Assembly: GCA_033763455.1 (NCBI GenBank)
Contig: JANRKO010000043.1
Span: 96,001-160,000 of the forward strand
Length of the DNA: 64,000 bases
DNA from: Polyangiaceae bacterium
GTDB taxonomy: Bacteria; Myxococcota_A; Polyangia; Polyangiales; Polyangiaceae
Direction: 5' to 3'
The notes beneath the pieces are model-generated. The model ran no database searches. It had not been told where the DNA came from and saw only the letters and a list, made by a program, of their open reading frames with translations. Position 1 is the stretch's first letter; every line of letters begins with the position of its first letter. Of this stretch, positions 46,027 through 55,660 are shown piece by piece. The position numbers and the translations under genes are program-made.

Positions 46027-47125
46027 CGTAGTTATCATTGGCGGTGGCGTCGTAGGGTGCGCGGCAGCTTGGCGCCTTGCAAAAAAAGGCGCGCAGGTTA
46101 CCGTGTTAGAACGCAGTATACCTGGAGCCGAAGCAAGCAGCGCGGCGGCGGGTATCCTTGGAGCGCAGGTGGAGAGCCACCACCCTGGGCCTATGGCAGA
46201 GCTTTCGCTCAAGAGTCGGAGTTACTTCTCGAATTGGGCTCGGGATCTCCTGCGGGAGACAGGGGTCGATATTGGTTACAGAGAAGGCGGGGTGATTCGG
46301 GCGGCCTTCTCCGACAAAGAAGGCAAAAAATCACAAAAAGAAGCCGTCTGGCAGCGCAAGCTCGGCCTGAAAGTGGCAATTCTTCGAAAGCGGGACCTGC
46401 TCCAGTTGGAGCCTGAGCTATCGCCAACGTTGGTGGCTGGCCTGCACTACGAGGGCGATGCGCGAATTGACCCAGTGCTATTTTCAAGGGCGCTCCATCT
46501 GGCCGCGCAGCGCGCGGGGGTGCGCTTCGTTTCCGGAGCACCCGTACGCACCATCTGCGAAGCGGAGGGCAAGGTCACTGGGGTTTCACTTGAAGACGGC
46601 CAAGCGGTGTCAGCTAACGTGGTCGTTGTCGCCGCGGGGAGTTGGACGAGCCAAATTGGCGGCCTTGGAATTGCGAGCGACAGCGTTCGCCCTGCTCGTG
46701 GTCAGATCGTGGAGCTCTTGCACCCCGAGCGTCTCTTACAGCGAATTGTGTTTGGTCCCAACTGTTACGTGGTGCCGCGCGACGATGGGCGCTTGCTCGT
46801 TGGCTCCACGTTGGAGTTCGCAGGCTACCACAAGGCAGTTACGGCTGGCGCGGTAGCGCAGCTCTTAACCGCTGCTATCGCCCTTGTGCCACGCGTGAAA
46901 GACGCAACCCTTTCGCAAACATGGTCCAACTTTCGGCCCTTCACGGAAGATGAGCTGCCGCTGCTTGGAAAAGGTGCCATTCAAGGGCTCGTATTCGCCT
47001 CAGGGCACTACCGCAACGGAATTCTACTCGCCCCGGTGAGTGCAGAAGCCGTAGTTTCTCTCGTGTTCGGCGGCAAAGCGCCTTTGGATTTGGCTCCGTT
47101 TAACCCATTTCGCTCACACGGGTGA
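45998..47125 (+). CDS. thiO: Glycine oxidase ThiO
   Basis: IIGGGVVG, ASSAAAGIL, AAGSW, ARGQ, GHYRNGILLAP. Confidence 0.9.
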   Translation: MNNAKPKKPNVVIIGGGVVGCAAAWRLAKKGAQVTVLERSIPGAEASSAAAGILGAQVESHHPGPMAELSLKSRSYFSNWARDLLRETGVDIGYREGGVIRAAFSDKEGKKSQKEAVWQRKLGLKVAILRKRDLLQLEPELSPTLVAGLHYEGDARIDPVLFSRALHLAAQRAGVRFVSGAPVRTICEAEGKVTGVSLEDGQAVSANVVVVAAGSWTSQIGGLGIASDSVRPARGQIVELLHPERLLQRIVFGPNCYVVPRDDGRLLVGSTLEFAGYHKAVTAGAVAQLLTAAIALVPRVKDATLSQTWSNFRPFTEDELPLLGKGAIQGLVFASGHYRNGILLAPVSAEAVVSLVFGGKAPLDLAPFNPFRSHG

Positions 47126-47280
47126 GCGAAATGGTGCGGGCGCATAGCAATGTCAGTGTCGGAGAAGCAGAGAACCAAGGGTTGACGAAGCTGGTTCACC
47201 TGCCTTACGTAATAGGCGCGGGGAGCTACAACACGTGCCAGCTCTGCGCGGAGTCAAAATTTTTGCGCGGAGTCGAAAAG

Positions 47281-47940
47281 ATGAACAAGAGAAGAGCTGT
47301 TATTCAATCAGTAGGGACTGTTTTATCCGGGATTTTCATGGGGAGCGTCGCATCCGCACAAGCGCATGTCCCGGGGAGTCCTGGACTGTCGCAATGCGCA
47401 CAAGCCGTGCAGTTCATGCCAGTGACGTATACGTTCCCGTCCACCACCAACACGCTTCTGACAGCGACGGTCCCCGGTAAGACATCCACGGGCAGTTGCA
47501 AAGACTACACGTGGTTGGACGTTCCAAACTGGGCAACACGTATTATCTTCCTGGCTGAATGGGCAGGTCCCAATATCAATACGCGCGACCCTGTAAGTAA
47601 CGGCTGGGATTGCAAGCACAGTGCAATGACGTACGGGATTTATCGCAAGTCGAACACCACTAACACCTACGCATTGGTGGCGCAGTCTCAAGCCTATGGC
47701 GTGTTTGATGAAGCAAAAAAGCAATGCAACCACCCATTTTCAGTGCCCCAGTCAGAGGTGCCGAAGCCAGTCGGAACGCAGCTTATCGATTACAACACCT
47801 CGCCCACGAAGTACCGCTATCGCATTGCAGTCCAGGCCTGGCAGCACAACGACCCGGACTTGGCCCACCTCACTCAGGCGTGCGGGACGGCGCTGAACTG
47901 CTATTGGCCCACCAAGGTGTCGATGGCGAGCATCCCGTAG
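47281..47940 (+). CDS. Exported hypothetical protein with six Cys
   Basis: Signal MNKRRAV...ASAQA; Thr/Tyr/Trp-rich composition; visibly more AT-rich than its neighbours. Confidence 0.7.
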   Translation: MNKRRAVIQSVGTVLSGIFMGSVASAQAHVPGSPGLSQCAQAVQFMPVTYTFPSTTNTLLTATVPGKTSTGSCKDYTWLDVPNWATRIIFLAEWAGPNINTRDPVSNGWDCKHSAMTYGIYRKSNTTNTYALVAQSQAYGVFDEAKKQCNHPFSVPQSEVPKPVGTQLIDYNTSPTKYRYRIAVQAWQHNDPDLAHLTQACGTALNCYWPTKVSMASIP

Positions 47941-48352
47941 CGTTTGGAAGAGTGCGAAGGGGCCGCTGCTGGCGTGCAACGGCCTTTCGAGTGCCGCGAA
48001 TATGACGTTTGGGCGCCCGAACGATCGAGCACCGAGTACTAGCCCGCATCGGTCGCAGGCGTCTCGAGAAAGCGATCCAAAATCACAGGGCCCACCATGT
48101 CGGAGGTCACCGGCGTTGAGCCCCAAAAGAGCTCCTGCCACAAGCGCGCCCACCACCCAAACGCTCGACGACCAAGAACGCGGCATTCGAGCCGGACCAT
48201 GAGCGGGCTCCCGTTTTTGGTTAAGAAGCGCCACCAATTCCCACCTTGGCTCAGCTGTTGCTTAAGGTGCCAGCTGCCGGTCGTTTGCCGATCAGGGGGG
48301 CGTGGGCGCAGGGGGAAACTGGCAGACGAAGCTAAGTGGGCTGTCCACGAGC

Positions 48353-50107
48353 TCAGCGTGCCCTAGCGCAACGAAAACCGACCTTGGGAAGGCGAGTCAT
48401 TGAAAAATACTGGAAAGTAGTTCGCGCCGCAGTGTTGGCGAGGGAGGAGGCGTAGTCCTTGAAGTTTCCGCCAAGCGCTTCGCGCGCTGCATCCTGCACC
48501 GTTGGATCAGCTAAGTCTGCCCAGTCAATCTTGAGCATACCGGGTAGTGTTGGCGTGTCGCGGTACCTATCTTGCACCCACTCGGCGATGTTGCCGGCAA
48601 GGTCCAAGTGGCCCCAAGGCCCAGCCCCAGCCTGCGCGGAGCCTACCGGCGCAATGTTGTCCGCCGAGTAGCTTGAGGAGCAACTCCCTCCCAGCGACCC
48701 ATAGTAGCAATTGTGGACAGCCAGCACTGCGCTTGCCCCTGGATCGGTCTCGCCCCACGGGTACGCCCTGGCCGTTCCTCCTGTCGAGGCGTACGCCCAC
48801 TCGGCTTCGGTGGGCAGCCTTCCTCCGTCCCAAATGCAGAAAGCCTGTGCCTCGTACCACGTCACCAAGTTGATGGGTTTGTTGCTGTAGGCCGCAGTAT
48901 CGGTCCAGGTTTGCCTGCCCGGATTGACGGTGTTCATTGTGGTCTTGATTTCCGCTGCTGACGCAAAGAGGCGGGCGTTCCACGAGGCATCCCAACCCGG
49001 ATCCAGCGTGTTGTTAGGGTTCTTCCCAGAGCCTGGGAGAACCTTTGTCGGATCATAAGCATCAAGGAAGCTGCGGAAGCGAAGGACTGTGACCTCGTAG
49101 TCGTCCAGCCTGAAGGCACTCACCGTTCGGGGGTTGTTGGGCGCAAGATCAAAGGTACCCCCGGGCACCACGGTGCTGCTGCAGCAATTACGGCCCCCCG
49201 GGCAGCTTGGCTGCCCGGGCGAACAGCTCGGAGGGAGTCCGCACACTCCAGCGCCCTGGCACACGGGGACTCCCGCCGCGCATGCTACGGCGATGCCGTA
49301 TTGGCCGCTGCCGTCGCAGGTTTCCACACTGTTGCCTGAACAACGTTTGGTTCCTGGCGTACACACGCCCACGCATGCGTTCCCGCTACACGCTTGGTTT
49401 ACGCAGGGCACGGCAGCTTCGAATAGCCCGGTGGCGCCGCAGGTCTTAAGGCCATTCTCTGTGCATTGCTTTACGCCCGGTGCGCATTCCCCCACGCACG
49501 CACCGTTCACACAAGCTTGATTGGTACAGGTTGAAACAGCCCTAGTTGTTACCAGGTCAGGGCCACACGACGTCACACTCTGTCCGTCACCACACACCAA
49601 GCTTCCGGCCATCTTGTTTTCGCAGGCTGGCACCACTGGCGCACACGCGCCGCGGTTGCTGGTTGACGTGTCGCAATTGAAACCTGCGGTGCAGAGCCCC
49701 GCCAAGCTCCAGCGACCACTTGCACACACCAACTGGCCCTTGGCAGCGAGCCCAGCGCAGGCGAGTACTCCGTTGGGTGAGCAAGGCTCCCCGATAGTCC
49801 CCGTTCCCTCGGGGGCGCTCGAGATGCATCCACCTGCGCCCGCGCAAGCTTCAGCACCACCTACCAGCATGCCTGTGGTTCCACCGACTCCAGGCGGCAT
49901 GCCTCTCGAAGCGCCAGCTGCTCCCGATACGCCTCCGGTAGTCGGGGGTGGCGGGCAAGTAAGCGTAGTGACACAGCTGTCAAAGCCGTCGTCACAACCT
50001 TGCGTCGTGTACAGCGTCCCAGCGACGACAGACCCGACAAGCCAGATTCGAAAATTTCGCGCAACTAACTGGAGAATGCCCATGGTCATACCGTCCCCCT
50101 CGGCCAT
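48353..50107 (-). CDS. Cys-rich repeat lipoprotein with C-terminal FGE-sulfatase (SUMF1-like) domain
   Basis: QGC lipobox-like; C-x4-C-x3-C-xPG repeats; YEVT, RLPTEAEW, DLAGNIAEW, GFRCAR. Confidence 0.88.
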   Translation of the reverse strand: MAEGDGMTMGILQLVARNFRIWLVGSVVAGTLYTTQGCDDGFDSCVTTLTCPPPPTTGGVSGAAGASRGMPPGVGGTTGMLVGGAEACAGAGGCISSAPEGTGTIGEPCSPNGVLACAGLAAKGQLVCASGRWSLAGLCTAGFNCDTSTSNRGACAPVVPACENKMAGSLVCGDGQSVTSCGPDLVTTRAVSTCTNQACVNGACVGECAPGVKQCTENGLKTCGATGLFEAAVPCVNQACSGNACVGVCTPGTKRCSGNSVETCDGSGQYGIAVACAAGVPVCQGAGVCGLPPSCSPGQPSCPGGRNCCSSTVVPGGTFDLAPNNPRTVSAFRLDDYEVTVLRFRSFLDAYDPTKVLPGSGKNPNNTLDPGWDASWNARLFASAAEIKTTMNTVNPGRQTWTDTAAYSNKPINLVTWYEAQAFCIWDGGRLPTEAEWAYASTGGTARAYPWGETDPGASAVLAVHNCYYGSLGGSCSSSYSADNIAPVGSAQAGAGPWGHLDLAGNIAEWVQDRYRDTPTLPGMLKIDWADLADPTVQDAAREALGGNFKDYASSLANTAARTTFQYFSMTRLPKVGFRCARAR

Positions 50108-50312
50108 CGGAGGCTTCCAGTTGTCAGCTGCCTGAAAAATCCGCGAGCGTCAATGCTTCGATGGCCTCGAAACTCTCAAAGGGTACGGCTCTCCAAGGCT
50201 TTCCAGGTGCCAGCGCTGGCTTTGGTCTTGGCTGCACCCACTTCCAGTGTCTCCCCTGCCAAGGTGTAGGTCGCTCCTCGGTGTAGGAGACGGCTAAGTC
50301 AGAAGACAGGAC

Positions 50313-51746
50313 TCAGCCGAAGACTTCAGGGAGCGGACCCTTCGACTTCACCGGGGTTTCTTGCGGGTAGTACCAGTTCGGACCCATGCCATCCGAATGC
50401 TTGCCAAATTCGCCCTGCGGGATGCCAAGACTCTGGAGGAGCGCGAGGTACATGTCAAATAGCAGCGGCTGACCCTGCATCCGTACGAAACGTCCGTTGA
50501 ACTTCGCCATGCTGCCCGCGTCACCCACTAGAACTGCAGGCCAACGACCGTGACCCGAGTGGTGGGTTTCACCGTTATCGCTCTGAATAAGCGCGAACGC
50601 ACTTTGCACTCCCGCTGTGGCTTTCAGGGTGTTCAGCGTGGTTTGCGCCATCCCCGAGAGCCACTTATAGGTGGCGTCGATGACCGGCTTCTGAATGGGC
50701 ATCTCCTTGTGCCCCACATCGCCAAGGCTCGACCCCTCTGGAATTGGAGTGTTTGTTCGCGTGAGCAGCGTGTCCACGTTCGGTCCCCAATCGTGCGAAT
50801 CTCCATTACCGACGTCTACGCACATTACGTTCGTCATCCCGCAGAGCAGAGCAATGGCGCCCATGGTCTGGAGGGATTCGAGCACAGGTACAGCATCCCC
50901 CGCTTGCGTTTGGGTTGTCGCTGCAGGCGTCGAGCAGGTGAGGCTGCTCGCGGCGGCCAGGCTCTTCTCGTAGGACTCGATGGTGGCCAGGTACTGACTG
51001 AGCTTGTTCTTTTCAGGGCCCGCAAGTTGGCTCTCAAGCCTCGGAATATCGTAGCGCAGGCCGTCGAATAGCAAGCGGTTGCGGTTGTTGGGCTTTCCCA
51101 TGCCACCGGCGCTAGCCATTGCACTTCCAAAAAGGTCTTTGAACAGTAAAGACGGATTCTGGAAGGCCGAGATGGGCTTGTCCGGACCAAGAGCAAAAGA
51201 CATATCCTTCATGTCCTGATCTTGGTGGCTCGAGATCCCGACAAGAATCGACTTTCGAGGGGCGTCAGCACTGAGCGTGTTGGCGACGTGCTGATCGAAA
51301 CTAATGCCGCCAGGCTTCAAATGGTCGATATCTGTTCCGGGTACGCAGGTAAGGGCCATATAGCCCATACTGTGGCCGCCATCCTCACCCTTACGAGGAT
51401 GGTTTTGGAAGCCGTCGAGCATGAGCACTTGGCTCTTATCTAGGGGGCTAAATGCTTCCGGCAATGTAAAGTCGGTGGTGTTGGCAGAGCTAGACGGACT
51501 TGGAATGCCCTCGTTCAAAGTATTATTGTCTTGCAGGGCACCGCCGGGCGAGAAGATGTAGCCGGGGTTAATCCCATTCGGCGCCGAGAAGTAAAGGAAG
51601 ATTCGGCGGCCATTTGCTTGGCCCTGGGCCTCTCGGATCAGGTTTTTAGCGAGTGGACCGAGGAGGGAGGCACCCATGCCTAAGCCCATTTTCTGGACGA
51701 AGGACCTACGGCTGAATGAAACAGATGTGCGGCTGAAGTTGGCCAT
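50313..51746 (-). CDS. DUF1552-family Tat-exported protein
   Basis: SRRSFV Tat motif, PNG, ISFDQHVA, NPSLLFKDLFG, HH..GRWP; SD AAGGAG. Confidence 0.85.
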   Translation of the reverse strand: MANFSRTSVSFSRRSFVQKMGLGMGASLLGPLAKNLIREAQGQANGRRIFLYFSAPNGINPGYIFSPGGALQDNNTLNEGIPSPSSSANTTDFTLPEAFSPLDKSQVLMLDGFQNHPRKGEDGGHSMGYMALTCVPGTDIDHLKPGGISFDQHVANTLSADAPRKSILVGISSHQDQDMKDMSFALGPDKPISAFQNPSLLFKDLFGSAMASAGGMGKPNNRNRLLFDGLRYDIPRLESQLAGPEKNKLSQYLATIESYEKSLAAASSLTCSTPAATTQTQAGDAVPVLESLQTMGAIALLCGMTNVMCVDVGNGDSHDWGPNVDTLLTRTNTPIPEGSSLGDVGHKEMPIQKPVIDATYKWLSGMAQTTLNTLKATAGVQSAFALIQSDNGETHHSGHGRWPAVLVGDAGSMAKFNGRFVRMQGQPLLFDMYLALLQSLGIPQGEFGKHSDGMGPNWYYPQETPVKSKGPLPEVFG

Positions 51747-51755
51747 GGGGACTCC

Positions 51756-53606
51756 TTAGAAACTCCGCTTCAAGAACGAGGGAGAGGTTGCGAGAGAGGA
51801 CACGAACTCGACGTAGCTGCCGGCGGTTCCGTAGGCATCTTTGGCGGCCTTGAGGCTGCATTGGTCAGCTTCTGTTTCGTTGCGTCCGAGGAAGTAACGG
51901 AAGCCATTGCGCATCACACATTCCTGGATGCGAGTGGTTCCGCCCAGCTTGGTGGAGAGGTCCACGCCATCCGTGAACGCGACGCTAGCGTCGTCCACGC
52001 CAACTAGCGTGCCGCTGGCGTCGACCGTCTTGCCGACATGCGTCGTCCTGAAGGTACCGAGCGTATCGTACTTCTCGAACGCCAACCCAGGTTCGTCAAG
52101 GAGTGAGTGACATGGCATGCAGGATGCGTTGAAGCTCGCGTGCACTGCCAGCTTCTCACGCATGGTGAGATCGGTGGTGTCTCCGAGCGGAGGTACGCCG
52201 TCGATCGGCACCGCCGGAATCTCACGGCAGAGGACATCTTCATTCATGAACAGGCCACGCCGAACAGGCTTCGTGTCGTCCCGGGTCGCCATCTGCCCGA
52301 GCCATGCCGGGCTGGTGAGAAAACCTGCTCGTTGACCGGCTGGAGCCGCCATCTTCGCAAGAGGCGCAGATGTCTGCGGAGCCCCGGTGAGCCCCAGAAT
52401 ACTTTCTGAGGTGCAATCTACGAAGGTGTCGGCCGTGGTAAACAACGCTTGAATAAACCCGCCGTTCGCCTTGTTCGTGTAGACGTCGTCCACGAGCGCT
52501 TCCGCCTGCATCACCAAACGGCCCTTGTCGTACTTACAGGGCGAAGCTTCACCCATGTCGGCGGCTTTGGCGACGCCGGTAATCCCACGCAACTTGAAGT
52601 ATTCCGTCACGAAGTTGCGCGCGCCATAGGCGCCCGGGCTGGCCATAATTCGGACTACTTGAGCCTTGATGGCTTCGGGTGTCGTGAGCATTCCCTGCTC
52701 CGCCGCTGCCCACAGTTCAGCATCGGGGGGAGCCTCAGTGAGGGTGTAAGCTAGCATCTGGCTAACTTCATGGGACGTTAGCTGATATTCACCCGCTGTA
52801 CCCGTAGCGGCTCCTAGCTCGGGCTTGAATACGAACTGGGGAGCGAGAAGGAGAGATTGAAAAGCGATCTCCAGGGCCTCTTCCACTGGAACTCCAGGAA
52901 CACTTTGGGCGGGATCCCCAGCAAGAGCATCCGTGAAGATCTTCACGTAGTGAGCCTGCTCATCGGCAGCCAACGGGCGCCTGAAGAGGATTGAGCCCTT
53001 CTCCTGGAGGAGCGTTCCGGCGCAGGCCGCATCTTTGGTGGCCCCCCAACAGGTGCCTCCAACAGCCCCAACCATTTGTTTGGCAATTTCAGCAGTGCTC
53101 GTCCAAGACGCACGAAACTCAGCGTCGGAAACGGTGGTGAGGCCTGACTCGGTGGAGTAGCGGGTGTCCGCTTGGGTAAGCGGATTGGCGAAGTTCGCAG
53201 CGACTGCCGGCAATGGCTGAGCGCTCGAGCGCCGGCCAACCAGGGCCGCTGTGACGGTGTTTGCGTATTCCGTAGGATTCAAGCGCCAAGCACGGCGAGG
53301 GCCAAGGGCCTTTGATTCAGTGCCGTCACATACGAACCCTTTAAAACCCGGGGCCATAGGGCCAACCGGGCCTGGGTCCACGGTCCCTGGCGTTGCTCCA
53401 GTACCTGATCCGTTCCCGCCTGTCGTGGAAGGCGCGCCACCGGCGCCGGGCGTCCCGGGCCCGCTACCAGCGCCGCCAGTGCTACCGGCGACGGGCGTGG
53501 TCGGCGTGGTTCCCGTTGGGTTCGTTCGCCTGTCGGGGCCCGAAACAGATGATGTGCAGGCACTTGCAGCGAAGGCAAGGCACGTTGTCATGAGGAGGAA
53601 ACGCAT
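51756..53606 (-). CDS. DUF1587/1595/1592/1588/1585 lipoprotein with one c-type heme motif
   Basis: Lipobox ASAC, RLNPTEYANTV, FRRPL, PPDAEL, RAGFLT, PVRRG, CMPCH, FRYFLGR. Confidence 0.88.
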   Translation of the reverse strand: MRFLLMTTCLAFAASACTSSVSGPDRRTNPTGTTPTTPVAGSTGGAGSGPGTPGAGGAPSTTGGNGSGTGATPGTVDPGPVGPMAPGFKGFVCDGTESKALGPRRAWRLNPTEYANTVTAALVGRRSSAQPLPAVAANFANPLTQADTRYSTESGLTTVSDAEFRASWTSTAEIAKQMVGAVGGTCWGATKDAACAGTLLQEKGSILFRRPLAADEQAHYVKIFTDALAGDPAQSVPGVPVEEALEIAFQSLLLAPQFVFKPELGAATGTAGEYQLTSHEVSQMLAYTLTEAPPDAELWAAAEQGMLTTPEAIKAQVVRIMASPGAYGARNFVTEYFKLRGITGVAKAADMGEASPCKYDKGRLVMQAEALVDDVYTNKANGGFIQALFTTADTFVDCTSESILGLTGAPQTSAPLAKMAAPAGQRAGFLTSPAWLGQMATRDDTKPVRRGLFMNEDVLCREIPAVPIDGVPPLGDTTDLTMREKLAVHASFNASCMPCHSLLDEPGLAFEKYDTLGTFRTTHVGKTVDASGTLVGVDDASVAFTDGVDLSTKLGGTTRIQECVMRNGFRYFLGRNETEADQCSLKAAKDAYGTAGSYVEFVSSLATSPSFLKRSF

Positions 53607-53673
53607 CGTCACGATCTCCATCCGCGGGTCTTGAGCAAATCCCCAAGCGCACACGGGCTAGGTAGTTAAGAGT

Positions 53674-53702
53674 AGGTTACGTCTTGCCCCTCATACCGTC
53701 AA
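53674..53702 (-). promoter_or_regulatory. sigma70-type promoter for the DUF1592-DUF1552 operon
   Basis: Minus strand TTGACG-N17-TAACCT. Confidence 0.6.
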
Positions 53703-53950
53703 GCTGGATATGCTTTCCTAAATGTCCATACCGGGAATACCGCCTGAAACTTACTCGGCCGAACCGCGTCCCCCACGGCGCTCGAGGGCGCTCGAGTTTT
53801 TCGTTCAAAAAGGGCCATGCCCTGGTACAAATTGGTGTGGCGAATTTGTGCTATGTAATAGGCTAAATTTAGAGAATTTTCCATTCTGAGCGGGTAGTCA
53901 GCGCTGAGCCCACGGGTGCGTTGGAGCGCTGCTTGATATAAGCCCCGGCC

Positions 53951-54988
53951 ATGGCTGTGACCTATCGAGATGCCGGTGTCGATATCGACCGTGGAGATGA
54001 ATTGGTGGAGCGAATTAAGCCGCTCGCGCAGAAGACGCGAACAGCCCACGTGCTGGAAGGCATAGGGGGATTTGCTGGGCTTTGCGACATTCCGAAGGAT
54101 ATTGCGGATCCCGTACTGGTGAGTGGCACCGATGGTGTAGGCACCAAACTCAAGGTGGCATTCGCAACGGGTAAGCACGACACCATCGGGCAGGATTTGG
54201 TCGCGATGTGCGTGAACGATGTGGTGACAACGGGGGCGCGGCCGCTGTTCTTTCTCGACTACTTCGGTTGTGGTCGACTCGATCTCGGAGTGGCGGAGGC
54301 TGTGGTGGGTTCCATTGCCCACGGGTGTGAACTTGCGGAGTGCGCTCTTTTGGGCGGTGAAACCGCGGAGCTTCCCGGAATGTACACGGATGGGGAGTAT
54401 GACTTAGCTGGCTTCTCTGTGGGTGTGGTGGCGCGCGCCAGCATCCTTGGCCCAAAACGTGTCATGCCGGATGACGTCTTGATCGGAGTAGCGGCTTCCG
54501 GGCTGCATTCGAATGGCTATTCGCTGGCCCGCACCGTGGCTGAACGGGCCGGCATCGCGTTTTCCGACCATGTTCCGGAGCTCGGCGGGACACTCGGTGA
54601 CGTTTACCTGACGCCAACACGGATCTACGTGAAGGCTGTGCGTGAGTTGCTGGCTCGGGTTGGGTCCGATGTGCACGCGCTTTGCCACGTTACTGGCGGC
54701 GGTATTGTTGGGAATTTGCCACGTGTTCTGCCCAAAGGGCTCGTAGCGGACGTTCGGTTGCCCAAAGAGCGGCCGCCTGTATTCGATTGGTTGGCACGCA
54801 CAGGCCCGGTTGAGCCGGATGAGATGGCAAAGACCTTCAACCTGGGCGTCGGGCTTATTGCCGTCGTGAGTCGGAGTGCGCTCGGTGCGGCGCTTGCTGC
54901 GCTGACGTCCGCGGGGGAGCGCGCTTTTGAGTTGGGAGCGCTGCGCGCAGGCAACGCGAACGCTGCAAGCTGGGTTGAGCTTTCCTGA
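53951..54988 (+). CDS. purM: Phosphoribosylformylglycinamidine cyclo-ligase
   Basis: YRDAGVDI, TDGVGTK, GGETAELPG, GLHSNGYSL, HVTGGG. Confidence 0.98.
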   Translation: MAVTYRDAGVDIDRGDELVERIKPLAQKTRTAHVLEGIGGFAGLCDIPKDIADPVLVSGTDGVGTKLKVAFATGKHDTIGQDLVAMCVNDVVTTGARPLFFLDYFGCGRLDLGVAEAVVGSIAHGCELAECALLGGETAELPGMYTDGEYDLAGFSVGVVARASILGPKRVMPDDVLIGVAASGLHSNGYSLARTVAERAGIAFSDHVPELGGTLGDVYLTPTRIYVKAVRELLARVGSDVHALCHVTGGGIVGNLPRVLPKGLVADVRLPKERPPVFDWLARTGPVEPDEMAKTFNLGVGLIAVVSRSALGAALAALTSAGERAFELGALRAGNANAASWVELS

Positions 54989-55002
54989 GAGATAGCCAAG
55001 CC

Positions 55003-55632
55003 ATGGAGCCGCTCAAACTAGGTGTTCTGGTCTCAGGCAATGGGACCAACTTGCAAGCAATCCTGGACGCTATCGAAAACGACGGACTGAGTGCCCAGGT
55101 GTGCGTGGTTATTTCCAACAAGGCCCAAGCGTTCGGCCTTGAGCGAGCTCGTAGAGCAGGGGTGCCAGCTGTCGCTATTTCGCATCTGGAGTATGGTTCG
55201 CGCGAGGAGTTTGATGGTGCACTCGTGCGCGAGCTCAAGCGCCACGGAGTAGAGTGGGTGGTTCTCGCAGGCTTCATGCGCATCGTTACAGAGGTGCTGT
55301 TGAATGCGTATCCCGATCGAGTGGTGAATATTCATCCGGCGCTGCTACCCTCTTTTCCTGGGGTGTCGGCTCAAGGTCAGGCCATTGCTTACGGGGTGAA
55401 GCTTACGGGCTGCACGGTGCATTTTGTCGAATCTGGGGTCGATTCTGGCCCCATTATCGCTCAGCGCGCGCTTGAGGTTCTGCCAGAAGACGACGAACGC
55501 TCGCTTACCGAGCGGCTGCTCAAGGTGGAGCACGGGTTGCTAGTGGACGTGCTTCAACGCCTAGCGCTCAACAAAGTTCAGCTCGAAGATCGGTTGGCTG
55601 AGCGGCGCCGAGTACGGGTGGATTGGGCGTGA
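55003..55632 (+). CDS. purN: Phosphoribosylglycinamide formyltransferase
   Basis: SGNGTNLQA, LAGFMRI, NIHPALLP, DSGPII. Confidence 0.98.
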   Translation: MEPLKLGVLVSGNGTNLQAILDAIENDGLSAQVCVVISNKAQAFGLERARRAGVPAVAISHLEYGSREEFDGALVRELKRHGVEWVVLAGFMRIVTEVLLNAYPDRVVNIHPALLPSFPGVSAQGQAIAYGVKLTGCTVHFVESGVDSGPIIAQRALEVLPEDDERSLTERLLKVEHGLLVDVLQRLALNKVQLEDRLAERRRVRVDWA

Positions 55633-55660
55633 AGCAACTGGCAAGAGTGCAAGGAATCGC

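Noticed and set aside
47752..48237. 161-aa minus-strand ORF with one hydrophobic stretch
   Set aside because: Overlaps the exported-protein gene and has no recognisable motif; at most a gene remnant.
48353..48500. FGE/C-type-lectin C-terminus as a DGR variable region
   Set aside because: No template repeat or reverse transcriptase seen in the window.
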